Source of the DNA: Octopus sinensis | Taxonomy: Eukaryota | Assembly: GCF_006345805.1 (NCBI RefSeq) | Contig: NC_042998.1 | Coordinates: 133,920,001-133,984,000, forward strand | Direction: 5' to 3' | Length of the DNA: 64,000 nucleotides | In this document: positions 51,030-63,941 of the stretch, piece after piece | Layout: each line of letters begins with the position of its first letter | How positions within the stretch are numbered: the stretch's first letter is position 1 | Notes under the pieces: model-generated | Seen by the model: the letters and a program-made list of their open reading frames with translations, nothing else | Told to the model about the DNA's origin: nothing | The model's database searches: none | Position numbers and translations under genes: made by a program

Positions 51030-52334
51030 GGATATTTTCTGTTTGGCTGCGAGCATTTCAGAAATTAAAGTTTATATATATATATATATATATATATGGA
51101 TATTTTCTGTTTGGCTGCGAGCATTTCAGAAATTAAAGTTTATCGAAAATTTTAAAATTTGGCACATTAATGTAGTTTTGAAAGCTGAATTGCTGGGATT
51201 ATTTCACTCTTTCCAGAAAAATGTTTTTGAAGTCTGATCATTTTCACCTTGGTCAGGAAGCATGATTTGGAAGCTGTCATTTTGTGCGTGACTGCACATT
51301 TTGTCAACATCCTGAAAATAGCACGTGTTGTCAATATTTGTATTCTACACGCGTAAAACGAGTAAACAACACGTCTTTTGTAGTTTGAGGCATTCAGTAT
51401 GCATTTAATGCGATAGCACGAACTTGAAATGTTTATTCTAAAGCGTTATTTAGCCGTTATTTTTATCATAACCACCTCAATGACAACAACAACAAAAAAG
51501 AAAGAGTAAACAACACGTCTTTTGTAGTTTTAAGCATTCAATATGCATACAGAGGCCCATGTACTCTCCACTTGTTGAGTGAGGTTACCATCTTTCGAGT
51601 TAACAAGCTCAACGCTGTGTGGTTCACAGTTCTATGCTCAAAATTGTAACCATTAATTTATAATCAACAGCTGTGCAATGGTTCATCCCCGGTTCTTCAA
51701 CACAATACCGGACTGAAGTCAATTCCTTAACCCATGAGTAAAGGAAAAGCACTACAGTCCTAAGAGGAAGCGTGTCACCTTCAAACCATGTGTCTTTCCT
51801 CACTGACACAGACTCCATGCATTTTCAGCGCGAGCGTCGCCAGTACACATTTCCACCACGTCTTTTTTGTACTCATAACATGCTTCTTTTTACATAATTT
51901 TCTTTTGAGTACAACACCCTTTTCTTGTAGGTACGACATAGCATCCTCCTCTGTTTTCAGTGTCACGATCATAGAAGCGTGGTTACCGGTGCTTGATGTC
52001 ATAATCAATGAGATCGGTAAAATTTCCAGGTGGATAAAATAGTAGAACACAGCGTCAACAAGTGGTTTCAATATATTTGTCAACACGTGCTTCCTCGCAG
52101 ACAAAAGTTCTCGTGTTCCGCTTGTTCCTATGGAAACAGGTATGAATGTGTCAGTGGCTTACGGTTGGTTAAACTTACCCCAAATTTCCAAACTTTAATT
52201 GCTAACAACTCTTGATTTATGGCGAAAATGATTTTCGTGACATTGATTAGCCTATAAAAGTGTATCATTACATTGAATGTGAAATCAATTCGATCAGAAA
52301 TTGACGATGGCAACCAAACAGAAAAGATAGATCC
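51030..52334 (-). mobile_element. Internally deleted Merlin (IS1595/ISXO2-like) DNA transposon in a (TA)n tract
   Basis: Minus peptides EEDAMSYLQEKGVVLKRKLC...WKC and SVRKDTWFEGDTLPLRTVVLFLYSWVKELTSVRYCVEE...TAVDY; imperfect TIRs GGATATTTTCTGTTTGGCTGC (51030 and again at 51098) and reverse complement GGATCTATCTTTTCTGTTTGGTTGC (ends 52334); DDE domain missing. Confidence 0.7.
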
Positions 52335-52436
<102 letters not shown>

Positions 52437-52446
52437 TGTATGTATG

Positions 52447-52490
<44 letters not shown>

Positions 52491-52501
52491 GTATATGTAT
52501 G

Positions 52502-52563
<62 letters not shown>

Positions 52564-54338
52564 TGTATGTATGTATGTATGTATGTAGGTGTGAGTGTGT
52601 ATATGTTCCTAAATCCTTCCCCCTTTGTTTTCTTTTCTTCTTTAATCATTTGGCTTCTTTTTCTTCTTGCATTGCTTCATTTATTAGTTTTCCTATTTTT
52701 ACCTTGATTTCTTTTCTTTTTCGCCTTTTTCGCATAGACTTAAATCCACCGTCATTCCATAGACTTAAATCCACCGTCATTAGATTTGAACAAGGAATGT
52801 AAATAAATACCGTAAAAACATTTTATCTCGTACTTCAATACAAACCATTTCTACCAATCCCCTTCCTCCTTCTAACATCAACAATGATTATGATGACGAA
52901 AATGAGGGGGGGGGGGGCAGACGGTGGTGATGGTAATGATGGTTTTGGTGGTTGTGTTGGTGGTAGTGGTGAGGATGTTAATGTTGATGATGATGATGTA
53001 CTGAAATACTACTTCTCCACGACTATTCAAAGCCGAAGTCGTTCTTGTGATGTCCAAGTAAAACACCTTCAGTTTCAGCCGTCAACTGTCAGAAAGTAGA
53101 AAAATAGAAAAACCGCATAACAATCTCGACTCTTCCCACCCAGATCCTACCCCACCTCACACCATAGTATGTCTACCCCGACTTTCATTCACCTGTTTTG
53201 TCCCTTCCTAGTTTTCTTTTAATTTTATTTCCATCTTACTTAGTTCTTTTTTTTTTTTGTATCTCTTCATTTTTGATTCACTTGAAGTGTGTCTGACTAT
53301 ACGCTTTTGTGTATCTGCATAGATACGAACGTGTATGTATATGCACATACACACACACACACATATATATATACAAACGTAAACACACATACATGAGTAT
53401 ATGTGCGTGCATGTGTGTGTGTGTATGTGTGTATATGTGTGTATGTGTGTGTATGTGTGTGCGTGTGTGTGTTTCTGAAATCTTTGTTTTTCTTCTTTTT
53501 CATTCTTTCTTTCTTTGCTTCATTTGTCTTCCTTTGTCAAGCCGCTTAGTGACGCCAATATTTATATAGACACACGTACACACACACACACGCACGCACG
53601 CACAAATGCACACACATATGCATAGCATAGCCATACATGCACACGTGTGCGTTCATAAACACATTGTATGAACTGAGAGGTATGTATGTATGAATGATAT
53701 AGATACTTAAAGAGTAATAACAATGTGTGCGCGCGCGCGCGTGTGTGTGTGTGTGTGTGTGTGTTGCTCGCATGTGCGCGAGTATGTGTGAGGGGTGAAG
53801 CAAACATGTGTGGAAAAAAGAAAGAGACAGAGAAAAGGAGAGAAATGTATTCAAAGCTATAACGAGAAGCTTGACAACGGTCTGTCTTTTTTTTTACCTG
53901 TCTTTTCATAGTTCTCTCCCTTTATCGTCCGCCATCCCATCTTCTTTCCTTCACCCTTTTATTGTCTTTCTTTATTTTTCGCTCGATCTCTTTTCTTTTT
54001 TTTTCTTTCTATTTGCTTGTCTTTCCACCATAATGACACTTAAAAGTTATTGGTGCGCCATTACAACGATATTACACCTTTTAAAAGCACTCCATTGTCA
54101 TCTATTGCTGTACATGACAAGCAATCCTCCTCCCACGTACCCAGAACACACGTCTAGGACACACATATATGCACGAACCCAGACAGCCGCATACATCAAC
54201 ACGCACTTTAATACACAGACACAACACAATCTTATTGATAGGATATAACACACGCTCAGTATATACAATAGCTAAGACATACTGTAAGAAAATGCTTCTT
54301 TCAGAACAAAACACTAACAGACGCCTAATATACACATC

Positions 54339-54377
<39 letters not shown>

Positions 54378-54401
54378 ACACGCACACGCGCGCACGCACA
54401 A

Positions 54402-54446
<45 letters not shown>

Positions 54447-54957
54447 CAGAGAGAGTGGAGGAACGAAGATGAGATAAAGAGAAAACTCATTTTGTATTTA
54501 TGGCCGTGTAATTAAGTTTGCTTCGCAATCACGTATTTCCGGGTTCGATCCTGCTGGTAGACCCAAAACTAGTAAGTAAATTTCAGTAGGTAGAAACTCC
54601 AAAGGGGTCAGGTTGTCTGACCTCTTTGGAGACCGTTAACAGACACCAAGCATTGAGGACAGTTCTTAAAGTGTTGCCATTACAGGGCGAACTGTATCTG
54701 TATGCATGTCGACGTTTTTTCTTACGTTTCTGCTCCTTGCTCTTTACTCTCCTTTTCCGTTCCAGGGATCCTGCTAAAGTCATACACGCTACTCGTTCTC
54801 TACAAACCAAGCGTCCTCCTCAAGTCACTAACAAATATAACCGAGTGTAATTATGAATATATAAATGCACATACAATTAACCTTTACGCACGCGCGCATA
54901 CACACGGATATACATATTTATCCGAATACATAAAATCCTACATATATATACATATAT

Positions 54958-54999
<42 letters not shown>

Positions 55000-55037
55000 C
55001 ATATACATACACACACACACACATATATTATATATAT

Positions 55038-55444
55038 CTGTGGTAAGAAGCTTGCTTTCTAGTCATATGGTTCCCAGTTCAGTACCACTGCGTGGCACCT
55101 TCGGCAGATGTCTACTACTATAGCTTCGGCCGGCCAAAGCCTTGTGAGTGCATTTAGTAGACAGAAACTGAAAGAAGCCCGTCGTACATATATATGTGTG
55201 TGTGTGTGTGTCTGTCTGTCTGTTTGTACCCCTACCATCGTTTGACGACCGATGTTGGTGTGTTTAAGTCATCGTAACTTAGTGGTTCGGCAAAAGAGAC
55301 TTACCTTCTCCCTCAGACCGATAGAATAAGTACTATGATTAGAAAGAATAAGTCCTGAGGTCGATTTCTTCGACATAAAGCCCTACAAAGCAGACATCCA
55401 GCATGGCCGGATTCAAATGACTGAAACAAGTAAAAGAATAAAAG
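55038..55444 (+). mobile_element. SINE family C with short internal (TA)(TG)(TCTG) tract
   Basis: TGTGGTAAGAAGCTTGC head; GAAAGAAGCCCGTCG-microsatellite; tail to GACTGAAACAAGTAAAAGA. Confidence 0.85.
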
Positions 55445-55601
55445 TGTGTGTGTGTGTGTGTGTGTGGTGTGTGTGTGTGTGTGTGCCTGTGTCTGTATGT
55501 GTGTGTCTGTATTCAGAGACAGAGACAGACAGACAAGCAGACAGGCAGGCAGGCAGACAGACAGACAAACAGACAAACAGACAGACAGACAGATAGCTAG
55601 C

Positions 55602-55675
<74 letters not shown>

Positions 55676-57793
55676 TCGATATACATATAAAAGCAATGAG
55701 CACAAAAAGAAAATCACACAGGAAGGACATGTTCTAATCAACGTCTTATTAGTTTAATGCTTAAAAAGTGGGGGAAATAGCTTTGCCGCTTCGGACACAA
55801 GTCCGTCATCAGAAAAAATAAAAGAACTGGAGTAGGTGGTGGGAAAATTAAAAACGAATAAGTAAAGGTGGTTGAAATGTGTGTAGATACATACATACAT
55901 ACATACATACATACATACATACATACATACATACATGCTAACATGCATGCGTTAGTGCGTGTGGGCGTGCGTGTGTGCGCGCGCGTGTGTGTGTGTGTGT
56001 GTGTGCCTGTGTAAAATAAAATCTTTAAACAATGTGTTGCTAATCTGGTAGATTTGGGAAGCAAATCACAAAACCTGTATCTAAATGGAACTACATTCAA
56101 ACGAAATTAAAAAGGCTAAGTTTCGCCGGTTTTATTTTTATATCCAGGTATCGAATCTTAGATTCCATTGAGAATTGTTAGTTATACATTCGACAGATTT
56201 CTGAATCGAATGCATATATTGTGTTTTATTAATAAGCCGTTCCGTTCTTAGATTAAATGAAATAATGCAGTTGCTTAGAAATTCTTCCAGTCTTAATCAA
56301 GCAGGCCTATTATAGAGGTGGTCTTCTATCAAATTATATGATATTTATATTGTGTCCTTCGTGTTTTTTTGTTTTTTTTACGATTGAAGAGTAAGGTTTA
56401 TGGCAGATTTGACTGGTATTTCTAGTTGGTCGAACAACGACGCAGAAGATTCCTTGTTGCCCATCCTATTATACTGATATTATTGTTGTTCTTCTTCTTC
56501 TTGTTATAATTGTCGTCGTCGTCATCGTCGTCATTGTTCTTTGCCCTCAGGTCAGCCCAGTTATATGACAGAAATGATGCTTTGATAGAAGTATAAGATC
56601 ATTATTTTCTTTTTTGTTTCTTTGAGAGAAATATTCCTCTTAAAATAGTTTTGCTATTACAGAAATTATTATCATCATCATTATCATCAAGATGATTATT
56701 ATTGTTTTTGTTGTTGTTATTATTATCATTATTGTTGCTATTGTTGTTCTTCTTTGCCTTTTGTCATTTTTCTATCCAGACTTCTCTTATTCATCGGTTA
56801 GAAAAACAACCACACAAAATACACAGGAGAAAAAAGCCTGAAACTAAGAATTACAATACAACACTGTACTATAACAATAACAATATAACAACAGGTTAAT
56901 TAATAGTCTTCTTGTTATTGTTGTTGTCGTCGTTTTTAATTTGTAGTAGTGTCATAGTTACCGGTTAGTTTTTAAGATGAATAGAAATAGTTAAAAGCAT
57001 ATGACAAACATGGCGTCTGATGTGTGACCACTTTTGACGACGAGGACAAATGAAATTGACAACGACGAAAATAATGATGATGATAATCATCATGATGATG
57101 ACGACGACGACAATAATGATGATGACGATGATGATGATAATCATCATCATCAATGTGATCATCATCATAGTTATGATTTTCATCATGGGTCATCATCATC
57201 ATTAATATTTTAATCATGAACAATATTATCGTCAAAATGACCACCGTCATTGTCATCAGTATCCCCAGCTGTGAACAATAACCTGTTCCAGGTGGACTCG
57301 GCCATTATTTGTTCCTAGGTAAAAAGTATCATTATCACCATCATCACCATCATCATTAGCGACAACATCATCATCATCATCATTGATAACCGTTAACCTT
57401 CATCCACTGAGGTGGACAGGGTACATAAACCATTGTAAATAGTTGAATGGTGTCAGAATTTAGTTTTAATTTTCTATGTTAGTGTCTCGGGGTCGGAGGG
57501 TTTATTAGTTTAGTTTCGCATGGCTTCACTTGAACGTGTTATATGAGGCCAGAAGTAACCACCTTTCCATTCAATAGCCATATCCATGGGAAAGATGCGA
57601 AAAATAAAAACACTTATTAATCTTACAATCCAGCAGCTGTTGTGCTGCGATGAACTATATCACATTGTACGCCTTACAAATAAAATGGTCATTAGCTTTC
57701 GAGAAGTAAGTGTCCCAGCCCTTGACATAGCAAAGCACGAGTGACCAGAAACTAAGTACTGGCTGCTCGATTGCTTTATCTGTTACCAAATTT

Positions 57794-58210
57794 GGATCTT
57801 TTCGGTTTGAACGGCAGTTTTTTCTAGCGGTGTCATATGAAATTGGCACCCATAATTATGACCCTAGTATCGATCTATTGCATTTCAATCTGTTTTAGGG
57901 TTAGGGTTAGGGGTGGGGGGAAGGGTATCTTTTTTCTTCAGAAATGTAAATAAACCCAATCTATTTCTTAAACGAGGGACATATTCATACGGCACAGAAT
58001 GTTTTTTACCTCAATAGACGCCATTGATTGGTTGAAATTGCCGAAATTCGAGAAATTAAACTACGTTAAACTTACAAACTATAGAATTTTCTCAATAAAG
58101 CCAAGAGAAAAAGATGTTTTATATACACATTCTACCAGTATACGAAGTTTAAAAGTGTTTAGTTACGTGGAAATTATTTTTAAAAACTGCCGTTCAAACC
58201 GAAAAGATAC
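57794..58210. mobile_element. MITE with ~28-bp TIRs, 8-bp TSD and internal (TTAGGG)3
   Basis: G(G/T)ATCTTTTCGGTTTGAACGGCAGTTTT at both ends; CCAAATTT at 57786-57793 and 58211-58218; TTAGGG x3 at 57895-57912. Confidence 0.88.
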
Positions 58211-58309
58211 CCAAATTTATTCGGCTAACCGATTCATACCTAGTTTTAGGTGAACGTGATCAAGAGACATTTTCCATCATCACAATGGAGGAGAAATTTC
58301 CAACAAGTT

Positions 58310-58543
58310 ATCTCTTTACTTGCTTTAGTCATTGGGCTGCGGCCATGTTGGGGCACTGCCTTGGTAAGGTTTAGTTAGAAAAAAAATGACCACAGTAATT
58401 TCTGTTTTTCTTTTTAAGTATGGTACTTATTCTGTCGGTCAATTTTTGCCGAACAGCTAACTAACGGGGACGTAAACGAGCCAACACCAGTTGTGAAGCG
58501 GATCTAGGGGACATACACAAACAGACACGCATACACACACATG

Positions 58544-58580
<37 letters not shown>

Positions 58581-58614
58581 TAATTGGCAAAAATGAACAT
58601 CCCCAAATATAACA

Positions 58615-58666
<52 letters not shown>

Positions 58667-58880
58667 GTGTGTGTGTGCGTGTGTGTGTGTATGCGTGTGT
58701 GTGTTTGTGTACACACATATGACGGGCTTTTCCAATTTCCATCTATGAAATTCACTTCTGACAAGGAACTCTGCTCAGCCCGCGTCGATAGTAGAAGACA
58801 CTTGCCAAGGAAACATGCAGTGGGACTGAACCCGTTACCCTGTGATTTGGAAGCAAATTTCTTACCACACAATCACACCT
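58310..58880 (-). mobile_element. SINE family C with long internal microsatellite
   Basis: Tail 58310-58510, (CA)/(TA)/(TG) interior, head 58720-58880. Confidence 0.8.
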
Positions 58881-59363
58881 GGACTTTTTCTCCGCTTTAA
58901 GTTGTTGGTACTATTGGAACGTCACAACTTCTCATTTCTTCATAATGTCTAAAGCTTCGTGCGTCATGATAGGACATACATTTCTAAACCCCTTTCGGTG
59001 AACGCCAAAGAATAGCAGCGAGTGAATCTCGATTAGTCAAATCTGTAATCCCTTTTCAAGTCTGTAGATTTGTTTCACTTAAATATATGCTTCTGTTGCA
59101 TACTACAAAGTATTTCCTTCAAAGTATTTATTCTAGTATAAGAAACCATTTCAAAGTGTCTGACCAGTGAAGTAGCTTGCAGCCAAATCTTCAAATGTTC
59201 CTCAAATCAGATCCTACCATCTTAATAAAGAGAAGCACACATTAGACTAACATAGTTCTAGAAACTCTTGAAATGACGCGAGAATTAATGTCTGGAATAC
59301 CTTTGATCATATGCTCACTTGATAGGAGTTTTCCGAGAGTTAAACAACATCAATAACAACAAC

Positions 59364-59610
59364 TGTTTCAAATTTTGGCCCAAGGCCAGCTACTTTAGAG
59401 GAAGAGGGCAAGTCGATTAAGGGGCAGGTCGATTAGTTAGGGGCAGATCGATTACGCCAGCACCACCACTTGACTAGTACTTTACTTTATCGATCCAATA
59501 GCATGAGTAGCAAAATTGACCTCAGCGGTATTTGAGCTTAAAATGCAGAGGCAGAAAAATGCTGCTAAACGTTTTGTCCGACGTATAATGAATTTTCCTG
59601 TTCGCTACTG
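59364..59610 (-). mobile_element. Old SINE family A (alternative tail)
   Basis: TTTCAAATTTTGGCCCAAGGCCAGC ... TTGACCTCAGCGGTATTTGAGC. Confidence 0.6.
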
Positions 59611-60233
59611 TTGATAAAAAAAAAAAAAATTACAACACTAGCAACATCTAAGTTTAGCTTATTTTACTTTTTTTTTCTATTTTTCCCCTCCTGGACATTA
59701 TAATTTTAAATTTTCATAGATCTATTATCATTCTTGTCAGATCTAAAAGACTCTCACTGATCTTAAGGACATTCACGCCGTAAAATATGTGTTAATAGCC
59801 TCTCTGTCTACCTAATCTATCAACCAACCTTTTCTAACATTCTGTCCAAATATCCTTTCCCTTTTTCATATCTTCTACATTTTCTTCTCTCTTTCTGATA
59901 GCAACAAACATTCCATGATAAACACACAGCGGTCTCTTCTTTCTTGCTGCTTTCAAATGGTAGGTTGAATACGTCACCTACTTTATCCTCGTCTCCTGGT
60001 CCTTGGGTGCTTTTTGAAGAGTTTGCAGTGCTGTGAGCATTCACAGTAGATACACCGTTTGAGAACAACAGACTTTTTAACATGTTACTTCCAAACACAA
60101 CTTTCCTTGAATTGTCAAGAGAAACTAATGGAAAAGCTTGAAATAGCCTCCTAATTTTACTGAGGCCCAACACATTGGATAATATTGTTTTAGCAACTGG
60201 TACAGAATCTCATGTCTTCTACCCAATTCATGA

Positions 60234-61790
60234 TTGATGCGTCTCTACAAAAAGTATATGTTTTCGAGAAGCTCTAACGAAACCATGGACATCCTCCTGA
60301 AACCCTTCCTTAAACATATCGATAGCCATATCAGAGATGACTTAGATATGTTAAACCACCTCCCAAAAAAAGCCAAGGAAGAAACAATCTTGGTTTCATT
60401 TGATGTAGTTAACTTGTATACCAGTATACCTCATAATTATGGACTAGAGGCAATACAGTTCTGGCTGGACCAATTTCCGGAAGAAATACCAAAAAGGATC
60501 AGTAAAGAATTCATTACTAAATCAATTGAATTCATCCTACATAATAACCACTTCATGTTTAACAATACATTTTACCGTCAAAAATCCGGAATTGCTATGG
60601 GTACAAGGGCAGCACCAGTCATTGCGAACCTAACAATGGGCTACATGGAAATAATCATTTACCAGGAATCTTTATCAATCTTTGGAAACCCCCTTTTTCA
60701 ATACATAAAAGAGAATTGGAAACGATTCTTAGACGATTGTTTTATACTCTGGAATGAAAACACAGATAAACTCCTAAAATTTAAAAACCTATTGAACAGC
60801 ATAAACCCAAATATACAGTTCACAATGGAATACAACCAAAAGGAGCTCCCGTTCTTGGATATACTAATTTAAAAAATAACCTTAAAATAGAAACAGACAT
60901 TTTTTACAAAGCCACAGACGCCAAACAATACCTTCTTTTTAATTCATGCCACCCAAGACACACTAAAACAAACATCCCCTTCAACCTTGCAAGAAGGATA
61001 TGCACAATAGTGTCAGAACAAAATACCAGGAACTTTAGACTGCAAGAACTCAAAAACACCCTAATTGACAGACACTACCCAGCTCAACTCATAGAGGATG
61101 GGATCAGACGTGCAACAGAAATCAACATAGAAACTTTAAGAAAAGTTCAACACAACAACACACCTTCCCCGAAAATACTACCTTACATATCTACATACAA
61201 CCCCAGAAACAAAGAAGCCTTCACCATCATCACCCAGAATTTACCAATACTTCATAAGGACCCCAAATTAAAGGAAATTCTAAACATACACCAAATCATT
61301 AAAAGCTACAAACAACCTAAATCACTTAAAAAGATTCTCAAAAAGGCAAAATTGTTTTCTGAAATTACGGATGCAAAAGTAAAAAAATGTGGTAGATCGA
61401 ACTGTGCAACATGTCCAAACCTGCTAGAAGGATCAGAATTCCTCTTTAAGAGGGACAGAAATTCAAGATCAAATCTAACTTTACTTGTGCCTCTGAAAAC
61501 ATAATTTATGTCATAAAATTCTCGGGCTGCCACCAAGACTACGTGGGATCCACGGGACTATCACTCAGACGTAGATGCACACTGCATCGACAACAGATTG
61601 CATTCCCAGAATACAGAATGATACCTTTTAGTGAGCACATTGAGAAATGCGCAAAGCAACTACTACCACAATTTTTAATCTTTCCATTTTACCAATGTGC
61701 TATCGGATCATCAACACAAATTAGACTAAACAAGGAAACATTCTTCATTGAAAAGTACAAGCCCAGACTTAACCATGCCAACATACTGAT
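60234..61790 (+). pseudogene. Penelope-like element reverse transcriptase plus GIY-YIG endonuclease, 5'-truncated, two frameshifts (~60869, ~61450)
   Basis: SFDVVNLYTSIP, GIAMGTRAAP, RFLDDCF, LPFLDILI, KATDAKQYL..SCHP, CGRSNCATC, FTCASENIIYVIK...YVGSTGLSLRRR...H. Confidence 0.95.
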
Positions 61791-61948
61791 ACAGAGAAAT
61801 TCACACCAAGGGAAAGGAAAAAATTTTTTTTTAATTTTAAGCGATTATCTCCCTTACACCGGAAGAAATCACTCACTACCTCCCTTATTTAGAACTCTTT
61901 TAAACATAAACATAAAGATAACTCTGTTCAATATAAACATAACGTCGC

Positions 61949-61987
61949 AAGAAATTTGAAAAGCTAAACGCGAAACCGGTCTTTCTT
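61949..61987 (+). ncRNA. Decayed minimal hammerhead in the PLE 3' region
   Basis: AAGAAA-TTTGAAAA-GC-TAAAC-GC-GAAAC-CG-GTC-TTTCTT; 6-bp stem I and palindromic ACCGGT kept, CTGANGA core mutated. Confidence 0.5.
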
Positions 61988-62054
61988 CTAAATTATGTTA
62001 TTGTAAGAAAAACATTTTTAATATTCTTCAGACATATTGACGCAAATATATATA

Positions 62055-62508
62055 TTTTTTAACCATTAAGCCTTCTGTAGTTTTTTCACTTTTTACTATT
62101 TTATATCTTCAGAAGCGAGAGGAAGCCGAAAGGGTATGCTCCCACTTTCAGTGTTTTCAAATCCAAACCAGGGAGTTCTGAGCTGATGATAGAAATGTCG
62201 TGTTGACTAATCTTGAAACGTACGTTCTCAAATAACCTTTGCACTTGATTTTTTAATGTCTCTACCCCCATATTTGCGTGAGTTGAATTGAGCAAACACT
62301 ATATGAGAGAGGTTTTCTTTAAGTATTAGAAATAGTTTTAAAAAAGTTTTTTGGCTGCTATTTCTAATGAGTTCAGTATGCGGCAAAGTAATTTATTTTA
62401 CTAAGCCCTTTTATATAATGTAATAATTTGAATTCGCCTTAAGTGGTCCCTTTGCATACTGAATACTTGGTGAAATTGATTAATTAATTAATTTACCCTC
62501 AATTGTTG

Positions 62509-62511
<3 letters not shown>
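62055..62511 (+). mobile_element. Divergent single-copy relative of the 48.4-51.0 kb array unit
   Basis: Shares GAAACGTACGT, the AGAAATAG/CTATTTCT hairpin, TACTTGGTG.AATTGAT, AATTAATTAATTT, the same ~285-nt cleavage-site-to-end spacing and a (TA)n 3' flank. Confidence 0.7.
62179..62230 (+). ncRNA. Minimal type-I hammerhead motif
   Basis: TGAG-CTGATGA-(weak stem II)-GAAAC-GTAC-GTT-CTCA. Confidence 0.7.
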
Positions 62512-62550
<39 letters not shown>

Positions 62551-62555
62551 ATATG

Positions 62556-62586
<31 letters not shown>

Positions 62587-62593
62587 ATATAGC

Positions 62594-62650
<57 letters not shown>

Positions 62651-62654
<4 letters not shown>

Positions 62655-63005
62655 ATCTCGTGACCGACCAGACCATCAGATGTTGCTACACATCGCTGGT
62701 CACAATGCGTTCGCATTGTTTTAGCCTTCGAACGACGCCACCCCGCTGGCTAAGCGAGCAGGCCAACAGAAGAAAGTGGGAGAAAGAGTGGTGAAAGAGT
62801 GCAGCAGGGATCACCACCCCCTGCCGCTTGACAGCCGATGTTGGTGTGTTTACGTCCCCGTAACTTAGCTTTTAGGCAAAAGAGACCAATAGAATAAGTA
62901 CTGGGCTTACAAAGACTAAGTCCTGGGGTCGGTCTGCTCGACTAAAAGGCGGTGCCCCAGCATGGCCGCAGTCAAATGACTGAAACGAGTAAAAGAGTAA
63001 AGAGT
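62651..63005. mobile_element. Family E SINE 3' part (minus) joined to family C tail (plus)
   Basis: ...CACCCCCTGCC-GC-TTGACAGCCGATGTTGG junction at ~62825. Confidence 0.8.
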
Positions 63006-63088
63006 GTATAAAATATATATATATATGTATATATTAGTATGTATGTATGAATGAATATATGGGTATATACGCGCACACACATACACAC

Positions 63089-63175
<87 letters not shown>

Positions 63176-63416
63176 TGCCTAGATGTGCATATGTTAAATT
63201 TATGTTATATGTAACTGAGTGTTCGTGTACAAGCATACATGTGTGTCTCTGCATATGCATATTTGTATATGCATATGTGTATGTATATGAGTGTGTATAT
63301 ATGCAAATAACTAAATAAATGTATTTAGGTATGTGTGTGTATGTTTATATATATATATATATATGATATATGTATGTATATGTATATATATATATATATA
63401 TGTGTGTGTGCGTGTA

Positions 63417-63456
<40 letters not shown>

Positions 63457-63534
63457 TGTGTGTGTGTATGTATGTATATGTATATATGTATATATATTTA
63501 TGTATATATGTATATACATATGTGCATATATATA

Positions 63535-63829
63535 CGTGACCGACCAGTCCATCAGATGTAGTTACACATCGCTGGTCACAATGCGTTCGCATTGTTTTAG
63601 CCTTGGAGTGACGCCACCCCGCTGGCTAAGCGAGCAGGCTAACAGAAGAAAGACTGGGAGAAAGAGTGGTGAAAGAGTACAGCAGGGATCACCAGCCTCT
63701 ACCGGAGCCTCGTGGAGCTTTTAGGTGTTTTTGCTCAATAAACACTCACAACGCCCGGTCTGGGAATCGAAACCGCGATCCTACGACCGCGAGTCCGCTG
63801 CCCTAACCACTGGGCCATTGCGCCTCCAC
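63535..63829 (-). mobile_element. SINE family E, tRNA-derived head
   Basis: Minus GGAGGCGCAATGGCCCAGTGGTTAGGGCAGCGG...GGTTTCGATTCCCAG, then a body shared with 62651-62824. Confidence 0.88.
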
Positions 63830-63842
63830 ACACACACACACA

Positions 63843-63941
<99 letters not shown>

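Noticed and set aside
52733-52781. 24-bp direct tandem duplication (similar small ones near 13240 and 17849)
   Set aside because: Ordinary slippage products
57895-57912. Telomere or chromosome-fusion scar
   Set aside because: Only three repeats, inside a TIR- and TSD-bounded MITE
59820-60173. 117-aa minus-strand ORF upstream of the PLE RT
   Set aside because: No recognisable domain; cannot be assigned to the PLE or to a host gene
63740-63829. tRNA gene calls for the A-box/B-box heads (also 23527, 29130, 30672, 41483)
   Set aside because: No convincing cloverleaf, and each continues into a repeated SINE body
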